Source of the DNA: Eledone cirrhosa
Taxonomy: Eukaryota
Length of the DNA: 64,000 nt
Reading direction: 5' to 3'
Assembly: GCA_964016885.1 (NCBI GenBank)
Contig: OZ024742.1
Location: forward strand, 346,642,001-346,706,000
Made by a program: the position numbers and the translations under genes. The notes under the pieces are model-generated. The model was not told the origin of the DNA. It saw only the letters and a program-made list of their open reading frames with translations, and did no database searches. Below, one piece after another: positions 1-16,500 of the stretch. The first letter of the stretch is position 1. Each line of letters opens with the position of its first letter.

Positions 1-3000
1 GATACTTGTATTATAATCCCACATTAAGATACTTGTAATATAAGCCTACATTAAGATACTTGTATTATAAGCCCACATTCAGATACTTGTATTATAAGCC
101 CACATTAAGATACTTGTAATATAAGCCAACATTAAGATACTTGTAATATAAGTCTACATTAAGATACTCGTAATATAAGCCTACATTAAGATGCTTGTAA
201 TATAAGCCTACATTAAGATACTTGTAATATAATCCTACATTAAGATACTTGTAATATAAGCCTACATTAAGATACTCGTAATATAAGCCTACATTAAGAT
301 ACTTGTATTATAAGCCTACATTAAGATACTTGTAATATAATCCCACATTAAGATACTTGTATTATAAGCCTTCATTAAGATACTTGTAATATAAGCCTAC
401 ATTAAGATACTTGTATTATAAGCCTACATTGAGATACTTGTATTATAAGCCCACATTAAGACACTTGTAATATAAGCCAACATTAAGATACTTGTAATAT
501 AAGCCTACATTAAGATACTTGTATTATAAGCCTACATTAAGATACTTGTAATATAAGCCTACATTAAGATACTTGTATTATAAGCCCACATTAAAATACT
601 TGTATTATAAGCCCACATTAAGATACTTGTAATATAAGCCTACATTAAGATACTTGTATTATAAGCCCACATTAAGATACGTGTAATATAAGCCAACATT
701 AAGATACTTGTAATATAAGCCTAAATTAAGATACTCGTAATATAAGCCTCCATTAAGATACTTTTATTATAAGCCTACATTAAGATACTTGTATTATAAG
801 CCCACATTAAGATACTTGTAATATAAGCCTTCATTAAGATACTTGTAATATAAGTCTACATTAAGATACTTGTAATATAAGCCTACATTAAGATACTTGT
901 ATTATAAGCCTACATTAAGATACTTGTAATATAAGCCGACATTAAGACACTTGTAATATAAGCGAAAATTAAGATACTTGTAATATAAGCCCACATTAAG
1001 ATACTTGTAATATAAGCCTTCATTAAGATACTTGTATTATAAGCCTACATTAAGATACTTGTATTATAAGCCTACATTAAGATACTTGTATTATAAGCCT
1101 ACATTAAGATACTTGTAATATAAGCCTAAATTAAGATAGTTGTATTATAAGCATACATTAAGATACTTGTATTATAAGCCGACATTAAGATACTTGTAAT
1201 ATAAGCCAACATTAAGATACTTGTATTATAAGCCTACATTAAGATACTTGTAATATAAGCCTCCATTAAGATACTTGTATTATAAGCCTACATTAAGATA
1301 CTTGTAATATAAGCCAACATTAAGATACTTGTATTATAAGCCTACATTAAGATACTTGTAATATAAGCCTCCATTAAGATACTTGTATTATAAGCCTACA
1401 TTAAGATACTTGTAATATAAGCCAACATTAAGATACTTGTAATATAAGCCAACATTAAGATACTTGTATTATAAGCCTACATTAAGATACTTGTAATATA
1501 AGCCGACATTAAGATACTTGTAATATATGCGAAAATTAAGATACTTGTAATATAAGCCAACATTAAGATACTTGTAATATAAGCCTTCATTAAGATACCT
1601 GTATTATAAGCCTGCATTAAGATACTTGTAATATAACCCTACATTAAGATACATGTATTATAAGCCTACATTAAGATACTTGTAATATAAGCCTAAATTA
1701 AGATAGTTGTATTATAAGCATACATTAAGATACTTGTATTATAAGCCTACATTAAGATACTTGTAATATAAGCCAACATTAAGATACTTGTATTATAAGC
1801 CTACATTAAGATACTTGTAATATAAGCCTGCATTAAGATACTTGTATTATAAGCCTACATTAAGATACTTGTATTATAATCCCACATTAAGATACTTGTA
1901 ATATAAGCCTACATTAAGATACTTGTATTATAAGCACACATTCAGATACTTGTATTATAAGCCTACATTAAGATACTTGTAATATAAGCCAACATTAAGA
2001 TACTTGTAATATAAGTCTACATTAAGATACTCGTAATATAAGCCTACATTAAGATGCTTGTAATATAAGCCTACATTAAGATACTTGTAATATAATCCTA
2101 CATTAAGATACTTGTAATATAAGCCTACATTAAGATACTCGTAATATAAGCCTACATTAAGATACTTGTATTATAAGCCTACATTAAGATACTTGTAATA
2201 TAATCCCACATTAATATACTTGTATTATAAGCCTTCATTAAGATACTTGTAATATAAGCCTACATTAAGATACTTGTATTATAAGCCTACATTGAGATAC
2301 TTGTATTATAAGCCCACATTAAGACACTTGTAATATAAGCCAACATTAAGATACTTGTAATATAAGCCTCCATTAAGATACTTGTATAATAAGCCTACAT
2401 TAAGATACTTGTAATATAAGCCTACATTAAGATACTTGTATTATAAGCCTTCATTAAGATACTTGTAATATAAGCCTACATTAAGATACTTGTATTATAA
2501 GCCTTCATTGAGATACTTGTATTATAAGCCAACATTAAGACACTTGTAATATAAGCCTACATTAAGATACTTGTATTATAAGTCTACATTAAGAGACTTG
2601 TAATATAAGCCGACATTAAGATACTTGTATTATAAGCCTACATTAAGATACTTGTAATACAAGCCTACATTAAGATACTTGTATTATAAGCCTACATTAA
2701 GATACTTGCATTATAAGCCCACATTAAGATACTTGTAATATAAGCCTACATTAAGATACTTGTATTATAATCCTACATTAAGATACTTGTAATATAAGCC
2801 CACATTAAGATACTTGTAATATAATCCCACATTAAGATACTTGTAATATAATCCCACGTTAAGATACGTGTAAAATAAGCCAACATTAAGATACTTGTAA
2901 TATAAGCCTACATTAAGATACTCGTAATATAAGCCTACATTAAGATACTTGTAATATAAGCCAACATTAAGATACTTGTAATATAAGCCCACATTAAGAT

Positions 3001-4077
3001 ACTTGTAATATAAGCCAACATTAAGATACTTGTATTATAAGCCTACATTAAAATTCTTGTAATATAAGCCTACATTAAGATACTTGTATTATAAGCCCAC
3101 ATTAAAATACTTGTATTATAAGCCCACATTAAGATACTTGTAATATAAGCCTACATTAAGATACTTGTATTATAAGCCCACATTAAGATACGTGTAATAT
3201 AAGCCAACATTAAGATACTTGTAATATAAGCCTAAATTAAGATACACGTAATATAAGCCTCCATTAAGATACTTTTATTATAAGCCTACATTAAGATACT
3301 TGTATTATAAGCCCACATTAAGATACTTGTAATATAAGCCTTCATTAAGATACTTGTAATATAAGTCTACATTAAGATACTTGTAATATAAGCCTACATT
3401 AAGATACTTGTATTATAAGCCTACATTAAGATACTTGTAATATAAGCCGACATTAAGACACTTGTAATATAAGCGAAAATTAAGATACTTGCAATATAAG
3501 CCCACATTAAGATACTTGTAATATAAGCCTTCATTAAGATACTTGTATTATAAGCCTACATTAAGATACTTGTATTATAAGCCTACATTAAGATACTTGT
3601 ATTATAAGCCTACATTAAGATACTTGTAATATAAGCCTACATTAAGATACTTGTATTATAAGCCTTCATTGAGATACTTGTATTATAAGCCAACATTAAG
3701 ACACTTGTAATATAAGCCTACATTAAGATACTTGTATTATAAGTCTACATTAAGAGACTTGTAATATAAGCCGACATTAAGATACTTGTATTATAAGCCT
3801 ACATTAAGATACTTGTAATATAAGCCTACATTAAGATACTTGTATTATAAGCCTACATTAAGATACTTGCATTATAAGCCCACATTAAGATACTTGTAAT
3901 ATAAGCCTACATTAAGATACTTGTATTATAATCCTACATTAAGATACTTGTATTATAAGCCCACATTAAGATACTTGTAATATAATCCCACATTAAGATA
4001 CTTGTAATATAATCCCACGTTAAGATACGTGTAAAATAAGCCAACATTAAGATACTTGTAATATAAGCCTACATTAA

Positions 4078-7000
4078 GATACTCGTAATATAAGCCTACA
4101 TTAAGATACTTGTAATATAAGCCAACATTAAGATACTTGTAATATAAGCCCACATTAAGATACTTGTAATATAAGCCAACATTAAGATACTTGTATTATA
4201 AGCCTACATTAAAATTCTTGTAATATAAGCCGACATTAAGATACTTGTAATATAAGCCTTCATTAAGATACTTATAATATAAGCCAACATTAAGATATTT
4301 GTATTATAAGCCTACATTAAGATACTTGTAATATAAGCCTACATTAAGATAATTGTATTATAAGCCTACATTAAGATACTTGTAATATAAGCCTAAATTA
4401 AGATACTTGTATTATAAGCACACATTAAGATACTTGTAATATAAGCCAACATTAAGATACTTGTATTATAAGCCTACATTAAGATACTTGGAATATAAGC
4501 CTACATTAAGATACTTGTATTATAAGCCAATATTAAGATACTTGTATTATAATCCCACATTAAGATACTTGTAATATAAGCTTACATTAAGATACTTGTA
4601 TTATAAGCCGACATTAAGATACTTGTATTATAATCCCACATTAAGATACTTGTAATATAAGCCTACATTAAGATACTTGTATTATAAGCCCACATTAAGA
4701 CACGTGTAATATAAGCCAACATTAAGATACTTGTAATATAAGCCTTAATTAAGATGCTCGTAATATAAGCCTCCATTAAGATACTTGTATTATAAGCCTA
4801 CATTAAGATACTTGTATTATAAGCCAACATTAAGATACTTGTAATATAAGCCTTCATTAAGATACTTGTAATATAAGTCTACATTAAGATACTTGTAATA
4901 TAAGCCTACATAAAGATACTTGTATTATAAGCCTACATTAAGATACTTGTATTATAAGCCTACATTAAGATACTTGTAATATAAGCCAACATTAAGATAC
5001 TTGTAATATAAGCCAACATTAAGATACTTGTATTATAAGCCTACATTAAGATACTTGTAATATAAGCCCACATTAAGATACTTGTAATATAAGCCTACAT
5101 TAAGATACGTGTAATATAAGCCTACATTAAGATACTTGTAATATAAGCCTACATTAAGATACATGTAATATAAGCCTTCATTAAGATACTTGTAATATAA
5201 GCCTACTTTAAGATACTTGTATTATAAGCCTACATTAAGATACTTGTATTATAAGCCCAGATTAAGACACTTGTAATATAAGCCTACATTAAGATACTTG
5301 TATTATAAGTCTACATTAAGATACTTGTAATATAAGCCCGCATTAAGATACTTGTATTATAAGCCTAAATTAAGATACTTGTAATATAAGACTACATTAA
5401 GATACTTGTATTATAACCCTACATTAAGATACTTGCATTATAAGTCCACATTAAGATACTTGTAATATAAGCCTACATTAAGATACTTGTATTATAAGCC
5501 TACATTAAGATACTTGTATTATAAGCCCACATTAAGATACTTGTAATATAATCTCACATTAAGATACTTGTAATATAATCCCACATTAAGATACTTGTTA
5601 TATAATCCAACATTAAGATACTTGTAATATAAGCCTACATTAAGATACTTGTAATATAATCCCACATTAAGATACTTGTAATATAAGCCTAGGTTAAGAT
5701 ACGTGTAATATAAGCCAACATTAAGATACTTGTAATATAAGCCTACATTAAGATACTCGTAATATAAGCCTACATTAAGATACTTGTAATATAAGCCAAC
5801 ATTAAGATACTTGTATTATAAGCCTACATTAAGATACTTGTAATATAAGCCGACATTAAGATACTTGTAATATATGCAAAAATTAAGATACTTGTAATAT
5901 AAGCCCACATTAAGATACTTGTAATATAAGCCTTCATTAAGATACCTGTATTATAAACCTACATTAAGATACTTGTAATATAAGCCTAAATTAAGATAGT
6001 TGTATTATAAGCATACATTAAGATACTTGTATTATAAGCCGACATTAAGATACTTGTAATATAAGCCAACATTAAGATACTTGTAATATAAGCCTACATT
6101 AAGATACTTGTAATATAAGCCTACATTAAGATACTTGTATTATAAGCCTACATTAAGATACTTGTATTATAATCCCACATTAAGATACTTGTAATATAAG
6201 CCTACATTAAGATACTTGTATTATAAGCCCACATTCAGATACTTGTATTATAAGCCCACATTAAGATACTTGTAATATAAGCCAACATTAAGATACTTGT
6301 AATATAAGTCTACATTAAGATACTCGTAATATAAGCCTACATTAAGATGCTTGTAATATAAGCCTACATTAAGATACTTGTAATATAATCCTACATTAAG
6401 ATACTTGTAATATAAGCCTACATTAAGATACTCGTAATATAAGCCTACATTAAGATACTTGTATTATAAGCCTACATTAAGATACTTGTAATATAATCCC
6501 ACATTAAGATACTTGTATTATAAGCCTTCATTAAGATACTTGTAATATAAGCCTACATTAAGATACTTGTATTATAAGCCTACATTGAGATACTTGTATT
6601 ATAAGCCTACATTAAGACACTTGTAATATAAGCCAACATTAAGATACTTGTAATATAAGCCTACATTAAGATACTTGTATTATAAGCCTACATTAAGATA
6701 CTTGTAATATAAGCCTACATTAAGATACTTGTATTATAAGCCCACATTAAAATACTTGTATTATAAGCCCACATTAAGATACTTGTAATATAAGCCTACA
6801 TTAAGATACTTGTATTATAAGCCCACATTAAGATACGTGTAATATAAGCCAACATTAAGATACTTGTAATATAAGCCTAAATTAAGATACTCGTAATATA
6901 AGCCTCCATTAAGATACTTTTATTATAAGCCTACATTAAGATACTTGTATTATAAGCCCACATTAAGATACTTGTAATATAAGCCTTCATTAAGATACTT

Positions 7001-10000
7001 GTAATATAAGTCTACATTAAGATACTTGTAATATAAGCCTACATTAAGATACTTGTATTATAAGCCTACATTAAGATACTTGTAATATAAGCCGACATTA
7101 AGACACTTGTAATATAAGCGAAAATTAAGATACTTGTAATATAAGCCCACATTAAGATACTTGTAATATAAGCCTTCATTAAGATACTTGTATTATAAGC
7201 CTACATTAAGATACTTGTATTATAAGCCTACATTAAGATACTTGTATTATAAGCCTACATTAAGATACTTGTAATATAAGCCTAAATTAAGATAGTTGTA
7301 TTATAAGCATACATTAAGATACTTGTATTATAAGCCGACATTAAGATACTTGTAATATAAGCCAACATTAAGATACTTGTATTATAAGCCTACATTAAGA
7401 TACTTGTAATATAAGCCTCCATTAAGATACTTGTATTATAAGCCTACATTAAGATACTTGTATTATAAGCCCACATTAAGATACTTGTAATATAAGCCAA
7501 CATTAAGATACTTGTATTATAAGCCTACATTAAGATACTTGTAATATAAGCCTCCATTAAGATACTTGTATTATAAGCCTACATTAAGATACTTGTAATA
7601 TAAGCCAACATTAAGATACTTGTAATATAAGCCAACATTAAGATACTTGTATTATAAGCCTACATTAAGATACTTGTAATATAAGCCGACATTAAGATAC
7701 TTGTAATATATGCGAAAATTAAGATACTTGTAATATAAGCCAACATTAAGATACTTGTAATATAAGCCTTCATTAAGATACCTGTATTATAAGCCTGCAT
7801 TAAGATACTTGTAATATAACCCTACATTAAGATACATGTATTATAAGCCTACATTAAGATACTTGTAATATAAGCCTAAATTAAGATAGTTGTATTATAA
7901 GCATACATTAAGATACTTGTATTATAAGCCTACATTAAGATACTTGTAATATAAGCCAACATTAAGATACTTGTATTATAAGCCTACATTAAGATACTTG
8001 TAATATAAGCCTGCATTAAGATACTTGTATTATAAGCCTACATTAAGATACTTGTATTATAATCCCACATTAAGATACTTGTAATATAAGCCTACATTAA
8101 GATACTTGTATTATAAGCACACATTCAGATACTTGTATTATAAGCCTACATTAAGATACTTGTAATATAAGCCAACATTAAGATACTTGTAATATAAGTC
8201 TACATTAAGATACTCGTAATATAAGCCTACATTAAGATGCTTGTAATATAAGCCTACATTAAGATACTTGTAATATAATCCTACATTAAGATACTTGTAA
8301 TATAAGCCTACATTAAGATACTCGTAATATAAGCCTACATTAAGATACTTGTATTATAAGCCTACATTAAGATACTTGTAATATAATCCCACATTAATAT
8401 ACTTGTATTATAAGCCTTCATTAAGATACTTGTAATATAAGCCTACATTAAGATACTTGTATTATAAGCCTACATTGAGATACTTGTATTATAAGCCCAC
8501 ATTAAGACACTTGTAATATAAGCCAACATTAAGATACTTGTAATATAAGCCTCCATTAAGATACTTGTATAATAAGCCTACATTAAGATACTTGTAATAT
8601 AAGCCTACATTAAGATACTTGTATTATAAGCCTTCATTAAGATACTTGTAATATAAGCCTACATTAAGATACTTGTATTATAAGCCTTCATTGAGATACT
8701 TGTATTATAAGCCAACATTAAGACACTTGTAATATAAGCCTACATTAAGATACTTGTATTATAAGTCTACATTAAGAGACTTGTAATATAAGCCGACATT
8801 AAGATACTTGTATTATAAGCCTACATTAAGATACTTGTAATATAAGCCTACATTAAGATACTTGTATTATAAGCCTACATTAAGATACTTGCATTATAAG
8901 CCCACATTAAGATACTTGTAATATAAGCCTACATTAAGATACTTGTATTATAATCCTACATTAAGATACTTGTATTATAAGCCCACATTAAGATACTTGT
9001 AATATAATCCCACATTAAGATACTTGTAATATAATCCCACGTTAAGATACGTGTAAAATAAGCCAACATTAAGATACTTGTAATATAAGCCTACATTAAG
9101 ATACTCGTAATATAAGCCTACATTAAGATACTTGTAATATAAGCCAACATTAAGATACTTGTAATATAAGCCCACATTAAGATACTTGTAATATAAGCCA
9201 ACATTAAGATACTTGTATTATAAGCCTACATTAAAATTCTTGTAATATAAGCCGACATTAAGATACTTGTAATATAAGCCTTCATTAAGATACTTATAAT
9301 ATAAGCCAACATTAAGATATTTGTATTATAAGCCTACATTAAGATACTTGTAATATAAGCCTACATTAAGATAATTGTATTATAAGCCTACATTAAGATA
9401 CTTGTAATATAAGCCTAAATTAAGATACTTGTATTATAAGCACACATTAAGATACTTGTAATATAAGCCAACATTAAGATACTTGTATTATAAGCCTACA
9501 TTAAGATACTTGTAATATAAGCCGACATTAAGATACTTGTAATATATGCAAAAATTAAGATACTTGTAATATAAGCCCACATTAAGATACTTGTAATATA
9601 AGCCTTCATTAAGATACCTGTATTATAAACCTAAATTAAGATACTTGTAATATAAGCCTAAATTAAGATAGTTGTATTATAAGCATACATTAAGATACTT
9701 GTATTATAAGCCGACATTAAGATACTTGTAATATAAGCCAACATTAAGATACTTGTAATATAAGCCTACATTAAGATACTTGTAATATAAGCCTACATTA
9801 AGATACTTGTATTATAAGCCTACATTAAGATACTTGTATTATAATCCCACATTAAGATACTTGTAATATAAGCCTACATTAAGATACTTGTATTATAAGC
9901 CCACATTCAGATACTTGTATTATAAGCCCACATTAAGATACTTGTAATATAAGCCAACATTAAGATACTTGTAATATAAGTCTACATTAAGATACTCGTA

Positions 10001-10550
10001 ATATAAGCCTACATTAAGATGCTTGTAATATAAGCCTACATTAAGATACTTGTAATATAATCCTACATTAAGATACTTGTAATATAAGCCTACATTAAGA
10101 TACTCGTAATATAAGCCTACATTAAGATACTTGTATTATAAGCCTACATTAAGATACTTGTAATATAATCCCACATTAAGATACTTGTATTATAAGCCTT
10201 CATTAAGATACTTGTAATATAAGCCTACATTAAGATACTTGTATTATAAGCCTACATTGAGATACTTGTATTATAAGCCCACATTAAGACACTTGTAATA
10301 TAAGCCAACATTAAGATACTTGTAATATAAGCCTACATTAAGATACTTGTATTATAAGCCTACATTAAGATACTTGTAATATAAGCCTACATTAAGATAC
10401 TTGTATTATAAGCCCACATTAAAATACTTGTATTATAAGCCCACATTAAGATACTTGTAATATAAGCCTACATTAAGATACTTGTATTATAAGCCCACAT
10501 TAAGATACGTGTAATATAAGCCAACATTAAGATACTTGTAATATAAGCCT
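4078..10550. repeat. Higher-order block repeated at about 16363-22835 (offset 12285 bp = 455 monomers)
   Basis: Same ordered rare variants at the same offset: TTGGAAT 4488/16773, repeat-ORF 8975/21260, AAACCTAAA about 9628/21913. Boundaries approximate. Confidence 0.8.
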
Positions 10551-13500
10551 AAATTAAGATACACGTAATATAAGCCTCCATTAAGATACTTTTATTATAA
10601 GCCTACATTAAGATACTTGTATTATAAGCCCACATTAAGATACTTGTAATATAAGCCTTCATTAAGATACTTGTAATATAAGTCTACATTAAGATACTTG
10701 TAATATAAGCCTACATTAAGATACTTGTATTATAAGCCTACATTAAGATACTTGTAATATAAGCCGACATTAAGACACTTGTAATATAAGCGAAAATTAA
10801 GATACTTGCAATATAAGCCCACATTAAGATACTTGTAATATAAGCCTTCATTAAGATACTTGTATTATAAGCCTACATTAAGATACTTGTATTATAAGCC
10901 TACATTAAGATACTTGTATTATAAGCCTACATTAAGATACTTGTAATATAAGCCTACATTAAGATACTTGTATTATAAGCCTTCATTGAGATACTTGTAT
11001 TATAAGCCAACATTAAGACACTTGTAATATAAGCCTACATTAAGATACTTGTATTATAAGTCTACATTAAGAGACTTGTAATATAAGCCGACATTAAGAT
11101 ACTTGTATTATAAGCCTACATTAAGATACTTGTAATATAAGCCTACATTAAGATACTTGTATTATAAGCCTACATTAAGATACTTGCATTATAAGCCCAC
11201 ATTAAGATACTTGTAATATAAGCCTACATTAAGATACTTGTAATATAATCCCACATTAAGATACTTGTAATATAATCCCACGTTAAGATACGTGTAAAAT
11301 AAGCCAACATTAAGATACTCGTAATATAAGCCTACATTAAGATACTTGTAATATAAGCCAACATTAAGATACTTGTAATATAAGCCCACATTAAGATACT
11401 TGTAATATAAGCCAACATTAAGATACTTGTATTATAAGCCTACATTAAAATTCTTGTAATATAAGCCGACATTAAGATACTTGTAATATAAGCCTTCATT
11501 AAGATACTTATAATATAAGCCAACATTAAGATATTTGTATTATAAGCCTACATTAAGATACTTGTAATATAAGCCTACATTAAGATAATTGTATTATAAG
11601 CCTACATTAAGATACTTGTAATATAAGCCTAAATTAAGATACTTGTATTATAAGCACACATTAAGATACTTGTAATATAAGCCAACATTAAGATACTTGT
11701 ATTATAAGCCTACATTAAGATACTTGGAATATAAGCCTACATTAAGATACTTGTATTATAAGCCAATATTAAGATACTTGTATTATAATCCCACATTAAG
11801 ATACTTGTAATATAAGCTTACATTAAGATACTTGTATTATAAGCCGACATTAAGATACTTGTATTATAATCCCACATTAAGATACTTGTAATATAAGCCT
11901 ACATTAAGATACTTGTATTATAAGCCCACATTAAGACACGTGTAATATAAGCCAACATTAAGATACTTGTAATATAAGCCTTAATTAAGATGCTCGTAAT
12001 ATAAGCCTCCATTAAGATACTTGTATTATAAGCCTACATTAAGATACTTGTATTATAAGCCAACATTAAGATACTTGTAATATAAGCCTTCATTAAGATA
12101 CTTGTAATATAAGTCTACATTAAGATACTTGTAATATAAGCCTACATAAAGATACTTGTATTATAAGCCTACATTAAGATACTTGTATTATAAGCCTACA
12201 TTAAGATACTTGTAATATAAGCCAACATTAAGATACTTGTAATATAAGCCAACATTAAGATACTTGTATTATAAGCCTACATTAAGATACTTGTAATATA
12301 AGCCCACATTAAGATACTTGTAATATAAGCCTACATTAAGATACGTGTAATATAAGCCTACATTAAGATACTCGTAATATAAGCCTACATTAAGATACTT
12401 GTAATATAAGCCAACATTAAGATACTTGTATTATAAGCCTACATTAAGATACTTGTAATATAAGCCGACATTAAGATACTTGTAATATATGCAAAAATTA
12501 AGATACTTGTAATATAAGCCCACATTAAGATACTTGTAATATAAGCCTTCATTAAGATACCTGTATTATAAACCTACATTAAGATACTTGTAATATAAGC
12601 CTAAATTAAGATAGTTGTATTATAAGCATACATTAAGATACTTGTATTATAAGCCGACATTAAGATACTTGTAATATAAGCCAACATTAAGATACTTGTA
12701 ATATAAGCCTACATTAAGATACTTGTAATATAAGCCTACATTAAGATACTTGTATTATAAGCCTACATTAAGATACTTGTATTATAATCCCACATTAAGA
12801 TACTTGTAATATAAGCCTACATTAAGATACTTGTATTATAAGCCCACATTCAGATACTTGTATTATAAGCCCACATTAAGATACTTGTAATATAAGCCAA
12901 CATTAAGATACTTGTAATATAAGTCTACATTAAGATACTCGTAATATAAGCCTACATTAAGATGCTTGTAATATAAGCCTACATTAAGATACTTGTAATA
13001 TAATCCTACATTAAGATACTTGTAATATAAGCCTACATTAAGATACTCGTAATATAAGCCTACATTAAGATACTTGTATTATAAGCCTACATTAAGATAC
13101 TTGTAATATAATCCCACATTAAGATACTTGTATTATAAGCCTTCATTAAGATACTTGTAATATAAGCCTACATTAAGATACTTGTATTATAAGCCTACAT
13201 TGAGATACTTGTATTATAAGCCCACATTAAGACACTTGTAATATAAGCCAACATTAAGATACTTGTAATATAAGCCTACATTAAGATACTTGTATTATAA
13301 GCCTACATTAAGATACTTGTAATATAAGCCTACATTAAGATACTTGTATTATAAGCCCACATTAAAATACTTGTATTATAAGCCCACATTAAGATACTTG
13401 TAATATAAGCCTACATTAAGATACTTGTATTATAAGCCCACATTAAGATACGTGTAATATAAGCCAACATTAAGATACTTGTAATATAAGCCTAAATTAA

Positions 13501-16500
13501 GATACTCGTAATATAAGCCTCCATTAAGATACTTTTATTATAAGCCTACATTAAGATACTTGTATTATAAGCCCACATTAAGATACTTGTAATATAAGCC
13601 TTCATTAAGATACTTGTAATATAAGTCTACATTAAGATACTTGTAATATAAGCCTACATTAAGATACTTGTATTATAAGCCTACATTAAGATACTTGTAA
13701 TATAAGCCGACATTAAGACACTTGTAATATAAGCGAAAATTAAGATACTTGTAATATAAGCCCACATTAAGATACTTGTAATATAAGCCTTCATTAAGAT
13801 ACTTGTATTATAAGCCTACATTAAGATACTTGTATTATAAGCCTACATTAAGATACTTGTATTATAAGCCTACATTAAGATACTTGTAATATAAGCCTAA
13901 ATTAAGATAGTTGTATTATAAGCATACATTAAGATACTTGTATTATAAGCCGACATTAAGATACTTGTAATATAAGCCAACATTAAGATACTTGTATTAT
14001 AAGCCTACATTAAGATACTTGTAATATAAGCCTCCATTAAGATACTTGTATTATAAGCCTACATTAAGATACTTGTATTATAAGCCTACATTAAGATACT
14101 TGTAATATAAGCCAACATTAAGATACTTGTATTATAAGCCTACATTAAGATACTTGTAATATAAGCCTCCATTAAGATACTTGTATTATAAGCCTACATT
14201 AAGATACTTGTAATATAAGCCAACATTAAGATACTTGTAATATAAGCCAACATTAAGATACTTGTATTATAAGCCTACATTAAGATACTTGTAATATAAG
14301 CCGACATTAAGATACTTGTAATATATGCGAAAATTAAGATACTTGTAATATAAGCCAACATTAAGATACTTGTAATATAAGCCTTCATTAAGATACCTGT
14401 ATTATAAGCCTGCATTAAGATACTTGTAATATAACCCTACATTAAGATACATGTATTATAAGCCTACATTAAGATACTTGTAATATAAGCCTAAATTAAG
14501 ATAGTTGTATTATAAGCATACATTAAGATACTTGTATTATAAGCCTACATTAAGATACTTGTAATATAAGCCAACATTAAGATACTTGTATTATAAGCCT
14601 ACATTAAGATACTTGTAATATAAGCCTGCATTAAGATACTTGTATTATAAGCCTACATTAAGATACTTGTATTATAATCCCACATTAAGATACTTGTAAT
14701 ATAAGCCTACATTAAGATACTTGTATTATAAGCACACATTCAGATACTTGTATTATAAGCCTACATTAAGATACTTGTAATATAAGCCAACATTAAGATA
14801 CTTGTAATATAAGTCTACATTAAGATACTCGTAATATAAGCCTACATTAAGATGCTTGTAATATAAGCCTACATTAAGATACTTGTAATATAATCCTACA
14901 TTAAGATACTTGTAATATAAGCCTACATTAAGATACTCGTAATATAAGCCTACATTAAGATACTTGTATTATAAGCCTACATTAAGATACTTGTAATATA
15001 ATCCCACATTAATATACTTGTATTATAAGCCTTCATTAAGATACTTGTAATATAAGCCTACATTAAGATACTTGTATTATAAGCCTACATTGAGATACTT
15101 GTATTATAAGCCCACATTAAGACACTTGTAATATAAGCCAACATTAAGATACTTGTAATATAAGCCTCCATTAAGATACTTGTATAATAAGCCTACATTA
15201 AGATACTTGTAATATAAGCCTACATTAAGATACTTGTATTATAAGCCTTCATTAAGATACTTGTAATATAAGCCTACATTAAGATACTTGTATTATAAGC
15301 CTTCATTGAGATACTTGTATTATAAGCCAACATTAAGACACTTGTAATATAAGCCTACATTAAGATACTTGTATTATAAGTCTACATTAAGAGACTTGTA
15401 ATATAAGCCGACATTAAGATACTTGTATTATAAGCCTACATTAAGATACTTGTAATATAAGCCTACATTAAGATACTTGTATTATAAGCCTACATTAAGA
15501 TACTTGCATTATAAGCCCACATTAAGATACTTGTAATATAAGCCTACATTAAGATACTTGTATTATAATCCTACATTAAGATACTTGTATTATAAGCCCA
15601 CATTAAGATACTTGTAATATAATCCCACATTAAGATACTTGTAATATAATCCCACGTTAAGATACGTGTAAAATAAGCCAACATTAAGATACTTGTAATA
15701 TAAGCCTACATTAAGATACTCGTAATATAAGCCTACATTAAGATACTTGTAATATAAGCCAACATTAAGATACTTGTAATATAAGCCCACATTAAGATAC
15801 TTGTAATATAAGCCAACATTAAGATACTTGTATTATAAGCCTACATTAAAATTCTTGTAATATAAGCCGACATTAAGATACTTGTAATATAAGCCTTCAT
15901 TAAGATACTTATAATATAAGCCAACATTAAGATATTTGTATTATAAGCCTACATTAAGATACTTGTAATATAAGCCTACATTAAGATAATTGTATTATAA
16001 GCCTACATTAAGATACTTGTAATATAAGCCTAAATTAAGATACTTGTATTATAAGCACACATTAAGATACTTGTAATATAAGCCAACATTAAGATACTTG
16101 TATTATAAGCCTACATTAAGATACTTGTAATATAAGCCGACATTAAGATACTTGTAATATATGCAAAAATTAAGATACTTGTAATATAAGCCCACATTAA
16201 GATACTTGTAATATAAGCCTTCATTAAGATACCTGTATTATAAACCTAAATTAAGATACTTGTAATATAAGCCTAAATTAAGATAGTTGTATTATAAGCA
16301 CACATTAAGATACTTGTAATATAAGCCAACATTAAGATACTTGTATTATAAGCCTACATTAAGATACTCGTAATATAAGCCTACATTAAGATACTTGTAA
16401 TATAAGCCAACATTAAGATACTTGTAATATAAGCCCACATTAAGATACTTGTAATATAAGCCAACATTAAGATACTTGTATTATAAGCCTACATTAAAAT

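Noticed and set aside
34-50. TGTA-N9-TACA resembling NtcA (GTA-N8-TAC) or NifA (TGT-N10-ACA) boxes; TATAA as a TATA box
   Set aside because: Spacing is off by one for both motifs, the right arm includes the highly variable position 20, and there are no genes to regulate.
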